A stretch of DNA of 64,000 nt from an uncultured Rickettsiales bacterium (GTDB taxonomy: Bacteria > Pseudomonadota > Alphaproteobacteria > Rickettsiales > UBA8987). Below, in pieces: positions 30,299 through 38,398 of this stretch (positions are counted from its first letter, which is position 1; each line of letters opens with the position of its first letter). Under the pieces are notes generated by a model. The model made no database searches and was not told the DNA's origin. It was given only the letters and a program-made list of their open reading frames with translations. The stretch spans positions 9,039 through 73,038 of the forward strand of contig CAZLZP010000001.1 in the NCBI GenBank assembly GCA_964564045.1, read 5' to 3'. The translations under genes and the position numbers were made by a program.

Positions 30299-30859
30299 TT
30301 AAAATAACTCTACTTCTTCCTGCTTGTTAACTTCACAAACTACCGGGTTGTAGCCTATTTCGGAGCCATCTTTTATCAAACCCGAAGAAAGGAGGTAATT
30401 GATAAAAACTTCTCGTATCTCGCCCAACTTCATATTTTCGAGTATTTTTTTGCCCAGATCAACATCCACTCCTGAACCGAGAATGGAAGATTTTTTTGAA
30501 ACTTCATTAAGTACCTCAGAGATATTCTTAAGTATCACCAAGTTCTGTGAAAGCCTATCTTGGAACTGCAGGCCCATGATAGCCGAACCAAGACCCTTTT
30601 CTATCTCTTCGAATACCGGCTTAAGTTCCGGAGAGGTATTTTGCTTGCTTAGTATTTTAGTAGAGGCCGCAATTTTTGAAAAGCTGTCGCTTATCACAAG
30701 TATGTTCTCTTCAACAAGCTGGTTCAGTTTTGGTATAACATCTTCAATGATTGTAAAAACAGATGTGGCCGTTGCAAGTATCTGCGACAATTCCTTCAGT
30801 TTCTGGTTCTCGTCTGCCATTTTTTCCTGCCCACCGGCTTTTAAAGCTGTTACTGACAT
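30299..30859 (-). CDS. Small helical che-operon protein with a CheZ-like FQDxxxQ motif and an acidic ...ELF C-terminus
   Basis: 186 aa. 'IMGLQFQDRLSQNLV' (nt 30545-30568) and C-terminal 'KQEEVELF'. It is paralogous to the C-terminal ~100 aa of the MCP-like protein at 23081-24292. Confidence 0.45.
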   Translation of the reverse strand: MSVTALKAGGQEKMADENQKLKELSQILATATSVFTIIEDVIPKLNQLVEENILVISDSFSKIAASTKILSKQNTSPELKPVFEEIEKGLGSAIMGLQFQDRLSQNLVILKNISEVLNEVSKKSSILGSGVDVDLGKKILENMKLGEIREVFINYLLSSGLIKDGSEIGYNPVVCEVNKQEEVELF

Positions 30860-31215
30860 ACTTTGTTTATGGTTGCTATAAGGGTTTGAGGATTGAAAGG
30901 TTTTACTATCCAGCCGGTTGCACCAAGGGTTTTGCCGGTTTTTTTCTTGTCGTCACCGCCTTCAGTGGTAAGTACCAGTATAGGTGTGAATTTGAACTCT
31001 TCGGTAGCACGTAGTTTTTCAATAAGCTGAAAGCCATCCATGTTAGGCATGTTTATATCAGTTATTATAACATCGAACTTCTTGCCTTTAGACACTTTAA
31101 GGGCATCAACTCCATCTTCAGCTGTTACAACATCGAAATTAACTTCCTTCAGCGCCATAGAAACCATGTTTCTCATCGTGAAAGAGTCGTCTACCACTAA
31201 AGCAATTTTAGCCAT
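30850..31215 (-). CDS. cheY: Second CheY-type single-domain response regulator
   Basis: The likely start is 'MAKIALVVDDS' at 31215, with AAGGGA upstream; the ORF-track start at 31257 adds 14 unlikely residues. Motifs 'VIITDINMPNMDG' and 'IVKPF'. Confidence 0.9.
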   Translation of the reverse strand: MAKIALVVDDSFTMRNMVSMALKEVNFDVVTAEDGVDALKVSKGKKFDVIITDINMPNMDGFQLIEKLRATEEFKFTPILVLTTEGGDDKKKTGKTLGATGWIVKPFNPQTLIATINKVCQ

Positions 31216-31353
31216 ACATATTCCCTTTGTATTATATTTATAGTTAAAGGATAACACGAATTTATGAAGAATTACAACAATGTAAATGTGTAACAGATGA
31301 TTAAGGCCTGGGGTTAATATAATTATGTCACATTGAGTTTTTTTGACACAAAC

Positions 31354-32268
31354 TCAATTTTTATAATCCATCCCTGAAATAAGGTACGAGCTCTTATCTT
31401 CCATCCAGGTTTCTTTTACCTTAACATGCAGGAATAAATGTACTTTCTTACCCAGAAGTTGGGTAAGCTCCCTGCGTGATTGCTCACCTATTCTTTTGAT
31501 GAAAGCACCTTTGTTACCAAGTATTATACCCTTGTGACCATTACTTGAGGTATAGATTACCTGATATATTTTTATCTGTTTTGAATTTTCCTCAAATTTT
31601 TCGGTTTCAACCATTGTATTATATGGAATTTCCTGGCGCAAATTCATGAAAAGTTTTTCACGTGTTATTTCAGCCGCAAGCATTCTTGCAGGAAAATCGG
31701 AGATCACATCTGCAGGGTAATGGAAAGGAGATTCAGGAAGTTTTGCCGCCAAATAATCAAGGATATCATTCGTACCTTTTTCCTTGGTGGCGCTTATCAT
31801 GAAGGTTTTCTCAAAATCTATCATGGCGTGAAGATTTTCTGATAGTTGCAAAAGTTTTTCCTTATCAACAACATCTATTTTATTAAGCACCAGGATTTTT
31901 GGTACAGTTTGGCCCTTCAGGAAATTTATCACTTCCATATCGTCTTCGGTAAGTTCTCTGGAAGAGGAATCTATCATCAGCATTACATATTCCATGCCTT
32001 CAAAGGCATTGCGTGCAGTTTCAATGATAGAGCGGTTAAGCCTATTATCAAGCTTACCGCTTATTTTGAAGATACCGGGAGTATCAACAAATATTATCTG
32101 CGAATCGTTATGGATTTTTATCCCGCGAATACGGTTACGGGTTGTTTGCGCCTTAGGAGTTACTATGGAAACCTTCTGCCCTGTAAGTGTATTTACCAGC
32201 GTAGATTTACCGGCGTTAGGAGAGCCTACCACCGCAACGAAACCGCATCTGGTCTTAGATTTTTTCAT
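31354..32268 (-). CDS. era: GTPase Era
   Basis: 304 aa. G1 'GSPNAGKST', G3 'DTPG', G4 'NKID' and a C-terminal KH domain. Confidence 0.95.
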   Translation of the reverse strand: MKKSKTRCGFVAVVGSPNAGKSTLVNTLTGQKVSIVTPKAQTTRNRIRGIKIHNDSQIIFVDTPGIFKISGKLDNRLNRSIIETARNAFEGMEYVMLMIDSSSRELTEDDMEVINFLKGQTVPKILVLNKIDVVDKEKLLQLSENLHAMIDFEKTFMISATKEKGTNDILDYLAAKLPESPFHYPADVISDFPARMLAAEITREKLFMNLRQEIPYNTMVETEKFEENSKQIKIYQVIYTSSNGHKGIILGNKGAFIKRIGEQSRRELTQLLGKKVHLFLHVKVKETWMEDKSSYLISGMDYKN

Positions 32269-32917
32269 TTATTTTCTTTAAAAGTTTCTCTGCCGCAATC
32301 CTTTCAGCCTCTTTGCGTGAAGATGCAACATGTTTAACCGAATATTTATCAACTGATAGCACTATTTCTATTTGCGGTTCGTGCGATGGGCCTGTCATTG
32401 AAAGAACTTCGTATTTTGGAAGCCCCAGACCTTTTGCCTGCGCCCATTCCTGAAGTTTGGATTTAGGGTCCTTCGGTGGCTTCTGCATATCTGAGATAAA
32501 CTTGGAAAAGAATTTATTTATGAAGTCTCTAGCAGCATCCATACCGCCATCAAGATATATCGCCGCCGTTAAAGACTCTAAAGCATTTTCAAGGTTTGCC
32601 TTGTTTTCACGCCCGCCTATCTGCGCTTCGCCGGTACCCAGTATTAAATATTCACCCAGAGAGATATCTTTGGCAATTTTACAAAGACTTTCACGACATA
32701 CTATTGCAGCCCTGCGTTTTGCAAGCTTGCCCTCATTCTCATCAGGATAGTTCTTATAAAGAATATCTGAGACTAAAAGATTAAGTACTGAATCACCCAA
32801 GAATTCCAGCCTTTCGTAATCAAGCGAGGTTTTGTTTTTTTTGGAACTTGGATGAGTGAGAGACTGCTTGAAAAGCTTCTGATCTTTGAATTTATAACCA
32901 ATTATGTTTTCAAGCAT
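32255..32917 (-). CDS. rnc: Ribonuclease III
   Basis: 220 aa. The signature 'ERLEFLGDSVL' plus a C-terminal dsRBD. Confidence 0.95.
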   Translation of the reverse strand: MLENIIGYKFKDQKLFKQSLTHPSSKKNKTSLDYERLEFLGDSVLNLLVSDILYKNYPDENEGKLAKRRAAIVCRESLCKIAKDISLGEYLILGTGEAQIGGRENKANLENALESLTAAIYLDGGMDAARDFINKFFSKFISDMQKPPKDPKSKLQEWAQAKGLGLPKYEVLSMTGPSHEPQIEIVLSVDKYSVKHVASSRKEAERIAAEKLLKKINEKI

Positions 32918-33681
32918 TATTCAGAATGATTCTTTGTAAGGTCTAATAAAAATCTGCCTTCCCTGAATGATAACAGCCAATCCCAAATTCGCAAGAACTT
33001 GGATCTATTTGAAAAGAATACAATCTCAGCCTTGCCGATAAGGTTCTCTTCCGGAACATAACCAACGGAAAGCCTGCTATCTGAACTATTATCACGGTTA
33101 TCACCCATCAAGAAGTAGTTATTTTCGGGAACCACAAATTCCCTTGTGTCATCAGCCGGCCCATTCTCTACCTCATCAAGAACTTCGTGATCTACCCCAT
33201 TCGGAAGACTTTCTATATATCTTTTTATAGTGACAGGGTTTCCATCTGGGCCTTCATCAATAAAATCTTCTATCCTTCTCTGAGGAATAAGGCCGCCATT
33301 AAGATAAAGCCTGCCGCCTCTCATCTGTATTCTGTCACCAGGCATACCTATAAGCCTTTTGATAAAATCTGTCGACGGATCACCCGCTGGGCGGAAAACT
33401 ATTATATCTCCGCGTACAGGCTTGTGCCCACCAATACGTCCTTCAAAATAGTGGTATTTATAGCCAAGCGGAAAACTATACCGGCTGAAGCCATATTCAA
33501 ATTTTGAGATGAATATGTAATCACCAATAAGCAGAGTTGATTTCATCGAGCTTGAAGGTATATGCCTAGGCGAATACAGAACAGCCCTGAAGCACATTGG
33601 TAGCACAACACATACTAATATTATAAAGGTCCAGCTCTCGAAAAAACTTTTCGGCTTCTTATAATTTATATCATCGATCAT
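32917..33681 (-). CDS. lepB: Signal peptidase I
   Basis: 254 aa. TM anchor, catalytic Ser box 'PSSSMKSTL', Lys box 'FIKRLIGMPGD' and 'GDNRDNSSDSR'. Confidence 0.93.
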   Translation of the reverse strand: MIDDINYKKPKSFFESWTFIILVCVVLPMCFRAVLYSPRHIPSSSMKSTLLIGDYIFISKFEYGFSRYSFPLGYKYHYFEGRIGGHKPVRGDIIVFRPAGDPSTDFIKRLIGMPGDRIQMRGGRLYLNGGLIPQRRIEDFIDEGPDGNPVTIKRYIESLPNGVDHEVLDEVENGPADDTREFVVPENNYFLMGDNRDNSSDSRLSVGYVPEENLIGKAEIVFFSNRSKFLRIWDWLLSFREGRFLLDLTKNHSE

Positions 33682-33697
33682 TATTTATTACGCCTGC

Positions 33698-34552
33698 TTA
33701 TAATTTACTAAAGGCCTCTTCAGCCTCTTTGAAGGTTGGGCGTACACCAGATGGAATTATTTTTCTAGCAAATTCTGCAGATATTGCAGGCGCATTACCC
33801 TGTACATGCGCAAGCAGGCCTGTTTTAATAACATCAAGGTATTTGTGGTGCATTTCGTAGTATTTACCTATAGAGCTGGCAAAGGGCTGTACAAAACAAT
33901 ATGATATAAGTACACCCATGAATGTACCAACAAGCGCCGCACCAATCAGGCCACCCAAAATTTCAGGTGGTTCAGAGATAGATCCCATGGTGATTATTAC
34001 CCCAAGAACCGCAGCCACGATACCGATCGCCGGGAATGCATCACCCATTATCTGGATAGCATGTGGAATAGCATGAGCTTCTGTAACACCAGCTTCTAAC
34101 TCGGCCAACATCATATCTTCAAGGGTATATTTGTTGTCGACACCCATGGTCATTACACGAACATAATCACAGAAGAATTCCACCGCATGATGATCTTCCA
34201 GAAAATGTGGGAATTTAGCAAAGATATCACTACCCTCAGGGTTTTCAATGTGAGCTTCTACCTCAAGCATTCCTTTGGTTTTCATGAATTTAAAGATTGT
34301 ATAAAGGAAGGAGAGAAGTTCAATGTAGCTATCTTTACTGATAGGATGGCCACCAACCATAAGTTTTTTAAAACTACCAAGCGCACCTTTAATTACATAC
34401 GAAGGGTTACCAATAACGAACGAACCAACGGCAGCGCCAACTATTATCAGATATTCATTTGGCTGGAAAAGTACGGCAAGGTTACCATGGTGCATTAAAT
34501 AGCCACCGATAACAGAACCAAAAACAATAATTATGCCGAGTATTACTCTCAT
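33698..34552 (-). CDS. motA: Flagellar stator protein MotA
   Basis: 284 aa. It is colinear with E. coli MotA as I recall it ('GGYLMHHGNLAVLFQPNEYLIIVGAAVGSFVIGN', 'GDAFPAIGIVAAVLGVI'). No motB is adjacent. Confidence 0.92.
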   Translation of the reverse strand: MRVILGIIIVFGSVIGGYLMHHGNLAVLFQPNEYLIIVGAAVGSFVIGNPSYVIKGALGSFKKLMVGGHPISKDSYIELLSFLYTIFKFMKTKGMLEVEAHIENPEGSDIFAKFPHFLEDHHAVEFFCDYVRVMTMGVDNKYTLEDMMLAELEAGVTEAHAIPHAIQIMGDAFPAIGIVAAVLGVIITMGSISEPPEILGGLIGAALVGTFMGVLISYCFVQPFASSIGKYYEMHHKYLDVIKTGLLAHVQGNAPAISAEFARKIIPSGVRPTFKEAEEAFSKL

Positions 34553-34624
34553 GAGAACAACAGAAAAATTTTACAAAACCAAGTTTTGCAGGAGCGATGG
34601 AATTCGTCAAGGACAAGTTATGAT

Positions 34625-35470
34625 TTATTTATCGCCAGCTAGTACAATGGCTATATCTGGTGCATTTTCGTCTTTCATGCCGATAACGTTATAACCAGCA
34701 TCTACGTGCATTATTTCGCCAGTTACGCCAGAGCCAAGATCAGACATAAGGAAAACGGCAGCACCACCAACATCTTGCAATGTGATGTTACGCTTCAATG
34801 GAGCATTATATTCGTTCCATTTAAATATTAACCTGAAATCACCAATACCAGATGCAGCAAGGGTTTTAACCGGGCCTGCAGATATACAGTTAACACGAAT
34901 ACCCTGAGAGCCAAGATCCTTAGCAAGATATTTAGTGCTCATTTCAAGCGCAGCTTTGGCAACGCCCATTACGTTGTAATGCGGAATAACCTTTTCACCA
35001 CCGTAATAAGAAAGGGTTAGCAAACAACCACCATTTGGCATTATTTCAGAAGCATATTTTGCAACTTCAGTGAATGAGAAGCACGATATATGCATGGTAT
35101 TCAGGAAATTACCCAGTGAAGTATCAGCATACCTGCCGCGAAGTTCATTCTTATCAGAGAAACCAATTGCATGAACAACGAAATCTACACTTCCCCATTT
35201 ACTTTTCAAAGTATCGAATACGGCTTTAATAGATTCAGTTTTTGTTACATCGCATTCAACAAGAAAATCTGACCCAACTGATTTAGCAAGAGGTTCAACC
35301 CTTTTCTGCAACGCTTCGCCTTGATATGAAAATGCAAGTTGGCCACCTTGTGCAGCAACAGCCTGAGCTATGCCCCACCCGATAGAACGTTCATTTGCAA
35401 CGCCCATTATAAGGCCCCTTTTTCCTTGAAAAAGATTGCCCTTTATAAAATTATCTTCCTGTTCCGACAT
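34625..35470 (-). CDS. fabI: Enoyl-[acyl-carrier-protein] reductase (NADH)
   Basis: 281 aa. 'GKRGLIMGVANERSIGWGIA' and the Y-x6-K region 'YNVMGVAKAALE'. Confidence 0.93.
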   Translation of the reverse strand: MSEQEDNFIKGNLFQGKRGLIMGVANERSIGWGIAQAVAAQGGQLAFSYQGEALQKRVEPLAKSVGSDFLVECDVTKTESIKAVFDTLKSKWGSVDFVVHAIGFSDKNELRGRYADTSLGNFLNTMHISCFSFTEVAKYASEIMPNGGCLLTLSYYGGEKVIPHYNVMGVAKAALEMSTKYLAKDLGSQGIRVNCISAGPVKTLAASGIGDFRLIFKWNEYNAPLKRNITLQDVGGAAVFLMSDLGSGVTGEIMHVDAGYNVIGMKDENAPDIAIVLAGDK

Positions 35471-35495
35471 AATATTATTAGTTGATTAAAGAATA

Positions 35496-35999
35496 TTAAT
35501 TATTAACGATTCTCCACGTACCATCAGGCTGACGGCAGGCATTCCCAAATGCGTTCTGTGATTTACCACCTACAACGATAGTTTGAGAGAATTCACGGCA
35601 GAACTGGCCAGGAGCCGGTTCGTAGTTACGAGTAGGTGCGATAGTTCCGCTGTTACCAGTATCTGGATTTATCCAGCGAGAAACAGTACCACGAGATGTG
35701 CTTTCAAGCGCATTCTGGGTGGTTGAATTTAAATACTGCATATCTGCCCTGTCAAGAGATTCACCAATAGAAGCTCCAGCCATAGAACCAAGTAATGCAC
35801 CACCGATAGTTGCCGCTGTGTTACCCTTACCTTTACCCATATTGCTGCCGATTATACCGCCGCCAACACCGCCTAATACCGTGCCAACCTGTTGTTTGCT
35901 ATAGCCAGTTCCCATAGTACCCTGACCAGGACCGTACTGAGGAGAGCATGCTGATGCTACCAGAATTAATGATATTGCCATTGCGTAAAGTTTTCTCAT
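35496..35999 (-). CDS. Glycine-zipper surface lipoprotein (17-kDa-antigen-like)
   Basis: 167 aa. Lipobox 'LVASAC', glycine zipper 'GGVGGGIIGSNMG...IGGALLGSMAG' and a C-terminal Cys-containing domain. Confidence 0.7.
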   Translation of the reverse strand: MRKLYAMAISLILVASACSPQYGPGQGTMGTGYSKQQVGTVLGGVGGGIIGSNMGKGKGNTAATIGGALLGSMAGASIGESLDRADMQYLNSTTQNALESTSRGTVSRWINPDTGNSGTIAPTRNYEPAPGQFCREFSQTIVVGGKSQNAFGNACRQPDGTWRIVNN

Positions 36000-36044
36000 G
36001 AATACCTCTTTAGTTAATTTTGTGTCTATCTTATCAAGATAATT

Positions 36045-37025
36045 TTATATTTTGTCAATGTCTATATAGTCAAGGTCTTCTTTATTAAGCTCTGGCTCTA
36101 TAACCTTAACCTCTGTCTGAGAGAAATTAACACCTTGCTTCATAAGGAATTCTCTTATTCCAATAATTCTTGTCAGGCCCATCTTTCTTGGATCAGCACC
36201 AAGATCACGCGCTGAGGTATATGCCTTAAGGGATATTTTTTGTTGTTTATTCGATTTTAACAGCCTTACAATAGTAAGCAGGTTGGTTTTATCCTTCTCA
36301 CTTAATTCTGTTTCTTCTTTTGAGTATGATAAACGCATCAGATTAGTTGCTGCCTTTGCAGGCTCAGGCGTGGTTTCAGATATTGCCTGTCTTTCCTGCT
36401 CTGCCTTCTTTTCAGTATCATTCTTATCTGCGGCGGCGGCTTTTGTTGGATCTATTTCCGTTTGCCCTTCAAATCTGGCTCCTTCAGGTATTTCTTCTGT
36501 TGACTCTCCAGCATCTTCAGTATTTTTCTGTATCTCTGTGTTATATTTTGTGGCCTGCTCTTTATCAAGAGTGGTTACCTCGCCCTGCTGCTCGGCTTTA
36601 TACTGATCTTCTGTAAAGTTTATCTGGATAACATCTTCTTTTTTATTTGTACGCAGATCTACGTCGTCGCTCTTCGGTTTGGAACCACTTTGCTCTTCCC
36701 TGATGAATGCCGGAACAGCACCAGGTGTTGGCTGATAAACAGCAGGTGGCAAAGTAAACACACCAGAATCCGGATCAGCACTTTGATAATTATACTGATC
36801 TTGCGGCTGTATCATTTGCTGTTGGAACTGTTGCTGCTGCTGAAGCTCCAGTCTTTCCTGTTCGTTGTTCCTTAAGAATGCCGGAAGCGAATTCACATCT
36901 TGCGGCTGTTGTTGTAACCCACCCTGCCCCTGCGCTGCTTCCTGTCTTAAATAAGCAGGGATACTTTGTGCCATTACATCAGTAGAAAACGAAAAGATAA
37001 GAATTGTAAATATTATTTGTAGCAT
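36045..37025 (-). CDS. Exported Q/E-rich protein with three 'PA[FY][LI]R' motifs and a degenerate OmpA-C-like C-terminus
   Basis: 326 aa. Hydrophobic N-terminus ending 'DVMAQ'; motifs IPAYLR, LPAFLR and VPAFIR. The C-terminal 'ISLKAYTSARDLGADPRKMGLTRIIGIREFLMKQGV' loosely fits the OmpA-like pattern. The function is unknown. Confidence 0.6.
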   Translation of the reverse strand: MLQIIFTILIFSFSTDVMAQSIPAYLRQEAAQGQGGLQQQPQDVNSLPAFLRNNEQERLELQQQQQFQQQMIQPQDQYNYQSADPDSGVFTLPPAVYQPTPGAVPAFIREEQSGSKPKSDDVDLRTNKKEDVIQINFTEDQYKAEQQGEVTTLDKEQATKYNTEIQKNTEDAGESTEEIPEGARFEGQTEIDPTKAAAADKNDTEKKAEQERQAISETTPEPAKAATNLMRLSYSKEETELSEKDKTNLLTIVRLLKSNKQQKISLKAYTSARDLGADPRKMGLTRIIGIREFLMKQGVNFSQTEVKVIEPELNKEDLDYIDIDKI

Positions 37026-37804
37026 GGCGCAACTAACTCTCTTAGTTTTTCAAATAGATTTTCATTACCAGCAATTATACTGCCAGATTCAATGAAGTTA
37101 TCACCACCATCAATTTCACTAACCCTTCCGCGAGCTTCGGTTACAAGTAGCGTACCAGCGGCTATATCCCAGGGCTTAAGATTAGCATGCCACATACCAT
37201 CAAGCTTGCCGGCAGAAACAAAGGCCAGTTCCATTGCCGCAGAACCAAGTATGCGAATATTGGTAGTAAATTTGGTCAGAGAATTTATATCCTGTTTCCT
37301 TCTTTCAGGATTATACTTCGATATGTAAGATGCGAATGAACTTTCTTCGATATTATCACGCGCCGAAACCTTAAGCCTACGGCCATTTACCGTGGCACCC
37401 TCACCTCTTTCAGCAAGATATAGCTCATCAAGCACCGGAGCATATATACCAGCAGCAACCATTTGCTTTTTACCGTTGGGAAGTTTTTCCTGCAGGCCCA
37501 CCGATATACAAAAATATGGTATGCCGTGAATAAAATTGGTGGTACCATCTATTGGGTCGATGATGAAAGTGAATTTATCGTCACCCTGAATAAAACCGCG
37601 CTCTTCCGACATTATGGAATATGAAGGATATATAGTTTGGAATTCGTTGATAAGTATCTTTTCTACTTTCAGATCAGCCGAAGTAACGAAGTTACTAGGA
37701 CCCTTACGTGATACCTGAAGATTTTCTACTTCGCCATAGTCGCGCAGAAGAATTTTACCGGCCTTTAATAAAGTTTTCTCGATTATATTTAACGTACCAC
37801 TCAT
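37013..37804 (-). CDS. suhB: Inositol monophosphatase family protein
   Basis: 263 aa. 'SEE', 'IDPIDGTTNF' and 'WDIAAG' motifs. Confidence 0.88.
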   Translation of the reverse strand: MSGTLNIIEKTLLKAGKILLRDYGEVENLQVSRKGPSNFVTSADLKVEKILINEFQTIYPSYSIMSEERGFIQGDDKFTFIIDPIDGTTNFIHGIPYFCISVGLQEKLPNGKKQMVAAGIYAPVLDELYLAERGEGATVNGRRLKVSARDNIEESSFASYISKYNPERRKQDINSLTKFTTNIRILGSAAMELAFVSAGKLDGMWHANLKPWDIAAGTLLVTEARGRVSEIDGGDNFIESGSIIAGNENLFEKLRELVAPCYK

Positions 37805-37827
37805 AAATCCTTTATTGAATAAAAATG

Positions 37828-38388
37828 TTATTCCGCTCTTTTAACGTAGGTTGAATCATTCGTATTAACTATTACCCTAACACCTGCTTCGATGAATTGA
37901 GGAACCATTACACGCATGCCGTTAGAAAGTTTTGCAGGTTTGTTCGAGCCAGCTGCTGTCTGGCCTTTTACAACCGCATCAGCCTCTACCACTTCTAATG
38001 TAACGTGTGTTGGAACATATGCCGCTATCATTTGATCCTGGGCAAATTCAACCATTATATCCATGCCATCTGTAAGGAAAATTTCCTGACCGCTGAAATA
38101 AGATTTGTTAACCTCGATCTGGTCGTAAGTTTTTTTGTCCATTAAAGTAATGGTATCTCCGGCTGAGAACAGATATTGGTATTCCCTCGATTCAAAGTGA
38201 GCAATATCAACATTTTCATCAGAACGCAAACGTTCGTTCGCTTTGGTTCCCTGCTTAAGTTCTTTCATTTCCACCTGAACGAATGCTCCGCCCTTACCAG
38301 GTTTAACATGTTCAGTTTTCAGAACTCTCCACAGACCATTTCTGTAGTTCAAAATATTACCAACTCTTAAATCGTTCGCTATTGCCAT
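37828..38388 (-). CDS. efp: Elongation factor P
   Basis: 186 aa. The 'KPGKGGAFVQVEMK' loop and a three-domain length. Confidence 0.95.
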   Translation of the reverse strand: MAIANDLRVGNILNYRNGLWRVLKTEHVKPGKGGAFVQVEMKELKQGTKANERLRSDENVDIAHFESREYQYLFSAGDTITLMDKKTYDQIEVNKSYFSGQEIFLTDGMDIMVEFAQDQMIAAYVPTHVTLEVVEADAVVKGQTAAGSNKPAKLSNGMRVMVPQFIEAGVRVIVNTNDSTYVKRAE

Positions 38389-38398
38389 CTTTTTTTCC

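Noticed and set aside
31258-31353. Search for a flagellar/chemotaxis promoter (sigma28 TAAA-N15-GCCGATAA or sigma54 GG-N10-GC) upstream of the che operon.
   Set aside because: No convincing match was found. Only a weak hairpin (GAGTTT/AAACTC) follows era, so the promoter is left uncalled.
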